DNA of 31,992 nucleotides from Nitrospira sp. (GCA_016873595.1 VGWZ01000001.1:1-31992), one strand, 5' to 3'. Positions 8,890 to 17,136 are shown, counted from the stretch's first letter. The notes: a model not told the origin generated them from the letters alone. Numbers and translations are program-made.

Positions 8890-9570
8890 ATGATTAACAG
8901 AAGGTTATTAAATATATTTATTATAGTCATTTCAATACTATCTTTTTCTACAATATTTGTTGTTGGTACAAGCTATAGCTTTATTTTTGGTGAAACAGCA
9001 GAAGACTACTTCCCACCTGAGGGAACAACTAAAATTTTTGAATATACAACAGGTAAGAAGCCTACAGTTTATGCAACGGTTGGTAAAGCGACGTCTTTTC
9101 AGGGCAAAAAGACAATCCCGATTTTCAATAAGGCTGTTATAGTTGGAGAGAAATCAAAAGAACATACTTCTTATTATGAAGTTTCAGAGTCTTTTATAAA
9201 ACATGTAGGAAGTACTTACACAGAGGAAAACAAGAACATAGTATATGATCCTCCATATACTGAATGGCGTTTTCCAATGAAAGAAGGGATTAGCTGGGAA
9301 GAAAATTTTGTAAGAAGAACTACTGTTCAAAGAAACGAAAAAATACAAAGAATTAAAAGTAAATTTACTGTATTAGGTAAAGAAAAAATATGGGTACCAG
9401 CAGGAAGTTTTAATTGTTGGAAGATAGAATATATAGTTGAAGAAAACGGTATCACCAAAGGAAAAGGAATAGAATGGATAAGTAAAGGATTAGGAACTAT
9501 AAAAAATGTTGTAAAATTTCCAGATGAAAAAGAATCTGAAAAAGTTCTAAAAAGTTACTCCCGTAAATAG
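8890..9570 (+). CDS. Exported DUF3108-like/TapB-like beta-rich protein
   Basis: N-terminal signal/TM; FTVLGKEKIWVPAGSFNCWKIEY and WISKGLGTIK motifs; RBS GGAGGA before ATG 8890. Confidence 0.6.
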   Translation: MINRRLLNIFIIVISILSFSTIFVVGTSYSFIFGETAEDYFPPEGTTKIFEYTTGKKPTVYATVGKATSFQGKKTIPIFNKAVIVGEKSKEHTSYYEVSESFIKHVGSTYTEENKNIVYDPPYTEWRFPMKEGISWEENFVRRTTVQRNEKIQRIKSKFTVLGKEKIWVPAGSFNCWKIEYIVEENGITKGKGIEWISKGLGTIKNVVKFPDEKESEKVLKSYSRK

Positions 9571-9596
9571 AAAGTAAGAGAGAGGGTAATACAATT

Positions 9597-10337
9597 GTGA
9601 ATATTATTAAAAGATACTTGATAAAATTCAGCAGAAAATCATTTTTAATTATTTTTTGCCTAATAACGTTTTTAGTCTCATCCTGCATTGAAGTAAAACA
9701 TAAAATGACAATCAATAGAGATGGCTCAGGGAATGCATCTATTGAATTTTTAATACAGAAAGAGTTTGCACCTATGTTAGTTCAGGAAATAAAAAAAGAT
9801 ATCCCAAAAGGATGGAAAATTGCCGAGGAAAAAGAAAAAGATGGTAAATATTTGTTAGTTCTTAAAACAGAGTTCAATAATATTGGGGCATTAGAGGATA
9901 GTGACGTAAAATATACTTTTTCTTCAACTGAAAAGGGCCTTTTTAAAGAGTCTTATTATATCAATATAAAACAAAAGATAAGCAGAAGCGATCCCTTCCC
10001 CTATGAATTCATACTTAAAGTTCCAGGAACTATAGATACAACTAATGGAACGAAAATCTCATCTAATGAAGTCAAATGGAATTTTATGGGTCTTCAGAGG
10101 GGCGCTGAAATGTATGTAGAGTCTTCTGCTCTAAGGACTTACATTTTCATCATATTTGGCATCGTAGGGCTTTTGGTTCTCTTAGGGATAGCATTTATTA
10201 TTAAAATATCAATAAAACGAAGAGCACCTCAAATGGTATCTATTAGAAAAAGTATTTTTTGTACGCAATGTGGGAATGAAAATCCTATAAATGCCTCTTT
10301 CTGTACAAATTGTGGGATCAAAATTGATAGTAATTAA
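9597..10337 (+). CDS. LppM-like (lipo)protein with a C-terminal TM anchor and cytoplasmic zinc ribbon
   Basis: Lipobox-like LVSSC; MTINRDGSG and LKVPGTIDTTNG...VKW motifs; TM IFIIFGIVGLLVLLGIAFII; FCTQCGNENPINASFCTNCG. Confidence 0.65.
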   Translation: MNIIKRYLIKFSRKSFLIIFCLITFLVSSCIEVKHKMTINRDGSGNASIEFLIQKEFAPMLVQEIKKDIPKGWKIAEEKEKDGKYLLVLKTEFNNIGALEDSDVKYTFSSTEKGLFKESYYINIKQKISRSDPFPYEFILKVPGTIDTTNGTKISSNEVKWNFMGLQRGAEMYVESSALRTYIFIIFGIVGLLVLLGIAFIIKISIKRRAPQMVSIRKSIFCTQCGNENPINASFCTNCGIKIDSN

Positions 10338-10632
10338 TCGTACATTAATTATTACGTTATCACTTATATTCTTCCTATTATGTGTGGATTTATCGCGTAA
10401 ACCAGAACATCAGTTTAGCGCCAATTTTTTAATTTTTTCTATTGAACAATATCGTACATATGTATCACCTCGGCTTAGTGGTATTGTAGTCTGTAAGTTC
10501 AAACCAAGCTGTTCATCTTATACAATAACAGCTTTACGGGAATACGGATCTCTCAAAGGATCAGCGATGTCAATTAATCGCTTATTGAAGTGTTCACCTT
10601 TATCATCTGAACATGGTGCCGATTCTCCATGA
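10324..10632 (+). CDS. yidD: YidD-like membrane protein insertion efficiency factor with an extra N-terminal hydrophobic segment (start uncertain: TTG 10324 or ATG 10291)
   Basis: IEQYRTYVSP...CKFKPSCSSY...ALREYGSLKG...RLLKCSP matches the YidD (Haemolytic domain) signature with its three Cys. Confidence 0.8.
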   Translation: MIVINRTLIITLSLIFFLLCVDLSRKPEHQFSANFLIFSIEQYRTYVSPRLSGIVVCKFKPSCSSYTITALREYGSLKGSAMSINRLLKCSPLSSEHGADSP

Positions 10633-10660
10633 CTGCCACTTATTTATAAGAGGAGGAAAC

Positions 10661-11650
10661 ATGAAAAAATATTTTCTGTGTTTGGTCAGTCTTATTATTT
10701 TCATGTCGCAGTGTCAATTCGGGTTCGCAAGCAACACCAGAGAAAAAGCACCCTCCTTAGAAGTGCTCAGTGGTTCCAGCAAGGAAATTTACCGCCTGAT
10801 CGATTTTAAGGGTAAAGTTATATTCGTCAATTTCTGGGCTACATGGTGCCAGTCATGCCAAGAGGAGATGCCTTTCATTCAAGGTCTTTACAATCGTTTC
10901 AGAAATGACACGCTACTTCAGATTGTTAGCATTATCTATAGAGATGATTATCAGAAAGCTCTTGAATACAGGAATCAACATAATTATGATTATCCTTTTT
11001 TCTTAGATAGCAATAATAAGACAGCGATTTCCTATGGCGTGACAGGCGTGCCAGAGACTTATATTATAGACAAAAAAGGATTTGTGAGGAAGAAAGTAAT
11101 CGGGCCATTTAATTGGAGTTCTAAGGAGTCGATTTCGCTGATATCAGGTTTAGTCAATGAAACTACAGAGGTAACGGTTATGGCGCCCTCGCCTCAGACA
11201 GGCTACAGGGACGATCAACCTTTCCGGGCATGTGGAATTGCATGTGGTTCTTTTATATTCATAATTATAGCCATTTTTATACTGAACATTGCCCTCTTGG
11301 TGTGGGTTGCCAAAGATGCGAAGAATAGGGGAATGGGAAGTCCAGTTGGCTGGATTTTTCTGATATTATTCACCGGTGTAATTGGCCTTATTATTTATTT
11401 GTTCAGCAGACCAAAAGGCGAACTTGTTATTTGTGATGTTTGCAAGAACAAAAAGTTTAGAGTACAAAAAATTTGTCCACATTGTGGAAACTCCTCAAGT
11501 CCAATGGATGTTAAAGCTGATAAATATGATAAGCCAAAAACACAGATTGGTAGTGGTACAGGACCACTTCATAAGTTTTGTACGCAATGTGGTTCAAAAA
11601 ACGAGGCGAATAGTAAATTTTGTATTGATTGTGGTGAAAAGCTTGAATAA
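10661..11650 (+). CDS. TlpA/ResA-like thiol-disulfide oxidoreductase fused to PLDc_N-like TM segments and two zinc ribbons
   Basis: VNFWATWCQSC (Cys 10847 and 10856), YGVTGVPETYIIDKKG; WVAKDAKNRGM...GWIFLILFTGVIGLIIYLFSRPKG; CDVC..CPHC and FCTQC..FCIDC; RBS AGGAGG. Confidence 0.8.
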   Translation: MKKYFLCLVSLIIFMSQCQFGFASNTREKAPSLEVLSGSSKEIYRLIDFKGKVIFVNFWATWCQSCQEEMPFIQGLYNRFRNDTLLQIVSIIYRDDYQKALEYRNQHNYDYPFFLDSNNKTAISYGVTGVPETYIIDKKGFVRKKVIGPFNWSSKESISLISGLVNETTEVTVMAPSPQTGYRDDQPFRACGIACGSFIFIIIAIFILNIALLVWVAKDAKNRGMGSPVGWIFLILFTGVIGLIIYLFSRPKGELVICDVCKNKKFRVQKICPHCGNSSSPMDVKADKYDKPKTQIGSGTGPLHKFCTQCGSKNEANSKFCIDCGEKLE

Positions 11651-11681
11651 AGTTAGACATTCCTTTAAAGGGGGGAATTTT

Positions 11682-12260
11682 ATGAAGAAAAAGAATAGCA
11701 TAGCACTGTTGGTTCTTTCGTCCCTCATCTTTATAACATTATCATCATGCAGCAAAGACCTTTCGAGAAGTGCAGCGGAAAAAAAGCTTAAAACCCTCGA
11801 ACCACAGCTAATAACGCGCCAGATAAAAAGTCAATATGGCCCAGGCATTAGATTATTTGAGAGTCAAATTAAAGATCCGAATACTTTCAGACAATACGAA
11901 GATCTGCTTGATAAATTACAAGCCGGCGGCTGGATAAAATACAAAAGAAAAACAGATTCCGTTCAGTTTTTTTCACAGATGTTGTATGGTCTATGGTATG
12001 ACGTACATTTTACCGATAAATTAAAGCAATTCATTGTTAAGAGAAATCAGTCTGGTGTTGAAGTGTTAGTTGCTAAGAGGGAATTTGATAAAGTTACCGG
12101 TATTGCTAAGCATGATCCTAATACCTGTGAAGTGGAATTCATGTCTAAAGTAACACCAACCAAATTGACATCAGTTTTTCCACTAGAAAAGCACGAAGCA
12201 GAGCCTCAAAAGCACACGCGTGTCTTTAAACTATTTGATGATGGCTGGCGAATGCAATAG
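11682..12260 (+). CDS. Hypothetical lipoprotein
   Basis: RBS GGGGGG before ATG 11682; MKKKN + hydrophobic + TLSSC lipobox; C-terminal FKLFDDGWRM. Confidence 0.7.
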   Translation: MKKKNSIALLVLSSLIFITLSSCSKDLSRSAAEKKLKTLEPQLITRQIKSQYGPGIRLFESQIKDPNTFRQYEDLLDKLQAGGWIKYKRKTDSVQFFSQMLYGLWYDVHFTDKLKQFIVKRNQSGVEVLVAKREFDKVTGIAKHDPNTCEVEFMSKVTPTKLTSVFPLEKHEAEPQKHTRVFKLFDDGWRMQ

Positions 12261-12416
12261 GTTCATAACTTTTTTGTCTATCGATCAGATATTCAGTATA
12301 TATGAACCTAAAGAATGTTGTGATTTAAAAACAATAAGTCAAATTGAAGAACTTGCTGATTAAGTATGATACATTATGAGTGTAGATGTTATGAAAAAAA
12401 CAATGAGGAACAAATC

Positions 12417-12875
12417 ATGGTAAAGGTGACAGGAGACAGCCCCTGTTCTAACTGGAAAATTACAAAAAATCTTAGGTATCCCATCAAAGCTGTTTATACA
12501 GCAATCATTTTTCTTTTGGTTATTCTTCCCCTTGTTGCATGTCAATCAAGTAAGTATAAAGATAAAGGTGATGTTGTTAAAGTAAAATTTATTCGAAATT
12601 TCCATAATGCGATTATAAACAGTGATTACATTACTGCTATCAATTGTACATGTGAAGCTCAGGAAGCTAAAAAAAAGGGAAATTTTGGCATAGGAGAACA
12701 AGAAATCGAATTTATGCGTACCAAGTTCCCATGGAATGATCTTAAATTGCTTCAGGTGACTGAAATAGTTCCCAATTATTATGAATTAAAATTTGAAGGT
12801 AAGTCTGGAATTAAAATGCAAGACCTTGCCATAGATCAGAAAAATGGTAGTTTATGTATTTATCTACAATTGTAA
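12417..12875 (+). CDS. Hypothetical exported protein/lipoprotein (start uncertain)
   Basis: RBS GAGGA before ATG 12417; hydrophobic AVYTAIIFLLVILPLVAC lipobox-like segment; no family recognised. Confidence 0.5.
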   Translation: MVKVTGDSPCSNWKITKNLRYPIKAVYTAIIFLLVILPLVACQSSKYKDKGDVVKVKFIRNFHNAIINSDYITAINCTCEAQEAKKKGNFGIGEQEIEFMRTKFPWNDLKLLQVTEIVPNYYELKFEGKSGIKMQDLAIDQKNGSLCIYLQL

Positions 12876-12928
12876 TATATAGTGACAATAAATCAATATG
12901 CATGTAAGCATAATTAAGGAAAGTAATT

Positions 12929-13936
12929 ATGAAGAAAAAAGAGTTAGTTACACCTAAAATCTCTGAAGAAAACGAAACTGTGAAAATGGTTCTTTCAAAC
13001 AGAATAACTCTTATTTTATTGTTTAGCTTGATGCTGATTTGTATCAATTATACACATGCCATTGACAATAGCATTGTGGCAGAGGTTGGGAAATACAAGA
13101 TAACAACTGAGGAATACTGGAAGACCTATGATAATGTCATGCGCTTTTACAGGGACATTTACAAAGATAAGTTTGATGAGGAGATGGAAAAGAAAATGAA
13201 GCTGAAAGAAAAGGTTCTTGACTCCTTGATAAATGACAAGGTGCTTCTCATAGCTGCTGAAGATGCCGGGATCAGCGTGAGTGATAAAGAAATTCAAAAT
13301 GCAATAACACGAGAACCAGCTTTTATGAAGGAAGGGCGATTCAACGAACAAATTTTTCTAAATAGATTAAAACTGAACAGGATTACTGTTGAGGAATATA
13401 AGAGGTTAAAACGTCAGGAGCTAACTATTTCGAAAATGAAGAACTATATAACTAAAAATACGGCAAATGCTCAATTTAAAGAGGAAGAAATAAGAAAATT
13501 CATTGATAAATATAAGACTAAGGTGAGAATTATTATTAATCCAAATCAAACATACACAATAGAAACTTCTTCGGCTTTTGACAAATCACAAATAGCAAGG
13601 AATCAAATAGAGCTTTTAGGTCAGGCCCTGGATCAATTCAGATTGTACGTTGGGAGATATCCAACAACAGGTGAAGGGTTACAAGCACTCATGAGAAATC
13701 CCGGGATTCGAAAATGGGAGGGCCCATACCTTAAAAAAGAGATTCCAATGGATCCATGGGGAAGGCCATATATTTATGTCAGCCCTGGTAAACATGGGGA
13801 TTACGATTTATTTAGCTTGGGGAAAGATGGTATACCTGGTGGTACGGGTGAGAATGAAGATATCACAAGCTGGGGAGGTAGCACAGGATATTATGACGGA
13901 GAGCAGAAAAGAAGAAAACCATTGTCACCAATGTAA
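12929..13936 (+). CDS. SurA/PpiD N-terminal chaperone domain fused to a type II secretion major pseudopilin (GspG) globular domain
   Basis: Signal-like segment; IVAEVGKYKIT...VLDSLINDKVLLIAAEDAGISVSDKEIQNAITREPAFMKEGRFN (SurA_N). ALDQFRLYVGRYPTTGEGLQAL...GPYLKKEIPMDPWGRPYIYVSPGKHGDYDLFSLGKDGIPGGTGENEDITSW (T2SS-G). No G|FTLIE prepilin motif. Confidence 0.85.
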   Translation: MKKKELVTPKISEENETVKMVLSNRITLILLFSLMLICINYTHAIDNSIVAEVGKYKITTEEYWKTYDNVMRFYRDIYKDKFDEEMEKKMKLKEKVLDSLINDKVLLIAAEDAGISVSDKEIQNAITREPAFMKEGRFNEQIFLNRLKLNRITVEEYKRLKRQELTISKMKNYITKNTANAQFKEEEIRKFIDKYKTKVRIIINPNQTYTIETSSAFDKSQIARNQIELLGQALDQFRLYVGRYPTTGEGLQALMRNPGIRKWEGPYLKKEIPMDPWGRPYIYVSPGKHGDYDLFSLGKDGIPGGTGENEDITSWGGSTGYYDGEQKRRKPLSPM

Positions 13937-13986
13937 TTTATTAATGTGAATTGATTTGAATGCAAAATATTTGAAAGGGGAAGACT

Positions 13987-15447
13987 ATGAAAAAGATGCT
14001 ATTTCTAATAATAATTTTCCTGCTTATTACATCAGGTTGTGGGCTTCGAATACCTGGTACAGGAGGCGATTGTATTAACGTCAAAAAAATTGTTCCTGCT
14101 GAGGTTAACGTCGCAAAATATAAGAAGATTGCAGTTATTGATTTTGATGGTAAGGGCGGAAGGAATATAGCTGAGTGGATGGAGACAGAGCTTCAAAATG
14201 CACAAGTTGACGGTAAGCCTTATTTTGAGATAATAACGAGGTCACAATTGCTGAAATTACTCGGTGAGCAAATGCTTAGTCTTAAAGGATTTGTTGATCC
14301 TAATACTGCAGCACGGATTGGAAAAATATCAGGCACTCAAGCTATTGTTACTGGTACCGTCACTGCCTATCGCCATGATAAAGGTGTATATTATCGACAG
14401 GTAACAAGAGGCAGGGGAAAACAACAATATGTTGAAAACGTTCCCTGCGAGGTTCAATCTGCTTTTGTGCAATTCACAACCTCTTTTATAGACTCCACCA
14501 GTGGCAAGATTTTAGCAAGAACATCAGGTGAAGGTCAGTACATAGGTGATTCATGTGAAGGGATGGATGGATTAGCCGGACTCCTTATGGATTCTATTTT
14601 CAAATCAGTAAAAAAACAGACTGACAATGTGGTTAGAGGTCCTATAGATGTGCCAGAAAGGGTGATTAACAAAGCGTCTTTAATGGCGATTCAGCAATTC
14701 GTTAAAAAAATAGCTCCGCATTACCAGGATGTATGCATAATTCTAAAAAAAGATGATACTGAAGGAATAGACATCAGTTTTAAATCGAAGCCCGAAAATG
14801 AGAAACAGATCGAGAATTATTATGAGATAGGATATAAGTACGCAATAAGAGGACAGTGGGAAGATGCCATAACACAATGGGATAAGGTTCTTTCTATCGA
14901 TCAGAACAGACCTGCTGCAATATATAACATTGGAATCGCAAATGAAATGATGGGCGATTTATTTCTTGCTGAAAAGCTGTTTAAAAGGGTAACTGAAATA
15001 AAGGCTGATGATGTCTTTTTTGATGCCCTTGCAAGGGTGAGAAAATCAATAGAGCAACAGGAAATAATATGTAAACAAACAGGAAAAGGTTGTTACAGAC
15101 CCCCAACTCAAGCAGAGACTAAAACAAATAGAATAATGGCTCCTGCTAACGAAAAAGTTATTGTACCCTCAGAAATAGAAAGAGACTCTGCAGTAATCAA
15201 AGAAACCGTAGTAGCCAGAGCTAAACCTGATAGTAAAGCAAAATCAGTGGGAAAGATAAGTGCTGGCTCAAAAGCTGAAAGACTTGATACCAAAGGTGAC
15301 TGGATAAAAATAAGAGTTTTTAATGGTGAAAAATCAATAGAAGGATGGGTGCATAAATGTTATATAGAGGGTGAGGACATCAAATGTCCTGTCAAGAAAA
15401 TTAAAGAGAAAAAGCAAGAGGGAAAAGTTCCTGTTTCACCAATGTAG
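13987..15447 (+). CDS. Lipoprotein with CsgG-like domain, TPR region and C-terminal bacterial SH3 domain
   Basis: ITSGC lipobox; KKIAVIDF...AARIGKISGTQAIVTG; TPR-like GQWEDAITQWDK...AAIYNIGIANEMMGDLFLAEKLFKR; SH3-like ARAKPDSKAKSVGKI...KGDWIKIR...EGWVHK. Confidence 0.75.
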   Translation: MKKMLFLIIIFLLITSGCGLRIPGTGGDCINVKKIVPAEVNVAKYKKIAVIDFDGKGGRNIAEWMETELQNAQVDGKPYFEIITRSQLLKLLGEQMLSLKGFVDPNTAARIGKISGTQAIVTGTVTAYRHDKGVYYRQVTRGRGKQQYVENVPCEVQSAFVQFTTSFIDSTSGKILARTSGEGQYIGDSCEGMDGLAGLLMDSIFKSVKKQTDNVVRGPIDVPERVINKASLMAIQQFVKKIAPHYQDVCIILKKDDTEGIDISFKSKPENEKQIENYYEIGYKYAIRGQWEDAITQWDKVLSIDQNRPAAIYNIGIANEMMGDLFLAEKLFKRVTEIKADDVFFDALARVRKSIEQQEIICKQTGKGCYRPPTQAETKTNRIMAPANEKVIVPSEIERDSAVIKETVVARAKPDSKAKSVGKISAGSKAERLDTKGDWIKIRVFNGEKSIEGWVHKCYIEGEDIKCPVKKIKEKKQEGKVPVSPM

Positions 15448-15494
15448 AAGTTTATAGATAGAGTGAAAATTCTTATTATTTAGGAGGGAAAAGT

Positions 15495-16289
15495 ATGATT
15501 AGGATTCTGTTTGGAACTATTGCAGTAATTTTTATTCTGGGTTGCGCGGGTGAAGTAAAAGAGCTTCAGATGAGAGATACAAGCATCAATAAAGATGTTG
15601 GTAGTGGCGTGAAGACTGTTATTTTTCCAAATGGAACTGTATTCGGAGGTGCTTCAAAAGAACAGGCAAGCGCTCTTGCTCAAATATTTGTTGACTCTCA
15701 TAACATGGCAATGAAGGAACTCGAAGAGATTAAGGATGTTAGCAAGAAATCACGCGAAGATCTTGAAATAATCAAAAAGTCAACACAGAAGATAGAAGAG
15801 ACAACTCAGAAAAACCTTGAAACAGCTCAGTTGGCACTTAGGATGCTCGAACAGCTTTCTAAAAGACATGGAACAGGTGAAATAACACTATTCTTCCCTG
15901 TTGGATCTAGTGTACTCAATAAGGGTACTCTTGAATATGAAAGACTGGTTAATTTTGTTGATTACCTATCAAGGGAAAGTAAGGGCAGAAAAGTTTTACT
16001 TATCTCAATTGGTAGTGCCTCAGCCTTTGGAGATAAGAAGATTAATCAGAAACTGGCAATAAAACGCTCAGAAGTCCCTGTAGAGATTGTTGACAAATAT
16101 CTTGTGAATGTGCCACATGAGTTTTTCAGAGTTTACAGTACGGGTGATTTTTATAGCCCTAAGAATATTAGCATGAAGGAGCATCAGAGATATCAGCATA
16201 CACGGATAATTGCGTTTTATGAAACAGACCAGATTCCTCCTTTGCCAGAGGAGCCAGCAAAAGATACACCCAGCCCTCTTCAAAAATGA
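15495..16289 (+). CDS. Lipoprotein with coiled coil and OmpA-like (peptidoglycan-binding-type) domain
   Basis: FILGC lipobox; heptad-rich ELEEIKDV...LEQLSK; ITLFFPVGSSVL...ISIGSASAFGDKKINQKLAIKRS resembles OmpA_C (N..LS..RA), divergent. Confidence 0.65.
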   Translation: MIRILFGTIAVIFILGCAGEVKELQMRDTSINKDVGSGVKTVIFPNGTVFGGASKEQASALAQIFVDSHNMAMKELEEIKDVSKKSREDLEIIKKSTQKIEETTQKNLETAQLALRMLEQLSKRHGTGEITLFFPVGSSVLNKGTLEYERLVNFVDYLSRESKGRKVLLISIGSASAFGDKKINQKLAIKRSEVPVEIVDKYLVNVPHEFFRVYSTGDFYSPKNISMKEHQRYQHTRIIAFYETDQIPPLPEEPAKDTPSPLQK

Positions 16290-16307
16290 GTTGTTTTGTA
16301 AAAAAAC

Positions 16308-16344
16308 TGAAAGCCAATCTTACTATTATCAGATTGGCTCTTCA
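16308..16344 (+). terminator. Stem-loop after the OmpA-like gene (probable terminator)
   Basis: tgaa-agccaatct(16312-16320) / agattggct(16331-16339)-c-ttca; 10-nt loop. Confidence 0.45.
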
Positions 16345-16423
16345 TTACTAAATTTTTTGTGGTGATATAGTAGTATTATAAGTAATTGCTTGCGCGATAA
16401 TACTATAACAACGGAGGAGAAAA

Positions 16424-16757
16424 TTGAAAAAAGGTATTATTATAATTGTTAGTGTTGTAGGCATTATTACTCTTTTATTAACCTTTGGTTGTAACACCAT
16501 AGATAAACCATTGCAAGTCTGATTTAAAGATGGCTGCTGAGGAATGTTGCTGGCTATGGGGTAGTGGCGTGTCTATGGCTAAAGATGGGACACTCAGAGT
16601 CATCTCTGTTAAAAAATTGGACAGCAAGTCAGGTAAGGCATTTGGGGAAAATTTCTATCAGATATTATTCGAAGCTGATGCAGAGTATTTTAAAAAAGTC
16701 GGCAAGTTCGATAAAGGGCAAGTTGAAAGAAGACGTGGAAGGCATGCCTTTCCATAG
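16424..16757 (+). pseudogene. Frameshifted lipoprotein gene
   Basis: RBS GGAGG + TTG 16424 gives MKKGIIIIVSVVGIITLLLTFGCNTIDKPLQV* (stop 16520-16522). The +1 frame is open from 16503 to 16757 (NHCKSDLKMAAEECC...VISVKKLDSKSGKAFGENFYQILFEADAEY...). Confidence 0.55.
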
Positions 16758-17136
16758 TGAACGTGTGCGGTAGGTTTTTCAAATCCAATAGATGATGTTG
16801 GAAAGGTCAACGTGAAGTCCCTCTTTTACAGCATTCTGTTTGTGCCCTTTGCACTGGTCTCCTCTAAAAAAATCTCTAAGCGTGCACATTGGATGAAGGA
16901 CCTGTTGACATGTTATAAATCTTTCTGAGTGTAAATTTCATGGGTTAGTGTCAAGAATCTTTCGCAAATTCTTTGGCGACCTGAATCCGGTTATACTTTA
17001 TTTACGCAATTTCATTTAAGGACACTTACAGACCTTACAAAAATATTTCCCTCATTCAAATATTCCTGTGTTGAGAAATTATCTTGAAAATAGCTTATAG
17101 TTTCGACCATTAGATAATTATTTCACTGCCGTACTC

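Noticed and set aside
12929-13936. A functional type II secretion system or gspG gene
   Set aside because: Only the globular domain is present, without a prepilin motif, and no secretin, ATPase or platform genes are in the window.
7802-16783. Near-matches to the promoter motif (TGAAC-N17-CAAC near 7802; TGAAC-N17-CAAA at 16758; TGAAC at 4923, 10608, 12303)
   Set aside because: The second half-site mismatches or is wrongly spaced, and most lie inside coding sequence.
16760-17130. IS remnant or riboswitch in the long intergenic gap
   Set aside because: Translations in the frames I checked gave no transposase-like motif, and I could not match a known riboswitch consensus. The TTGACA/TGTCAA symmetry is only 6 bp.
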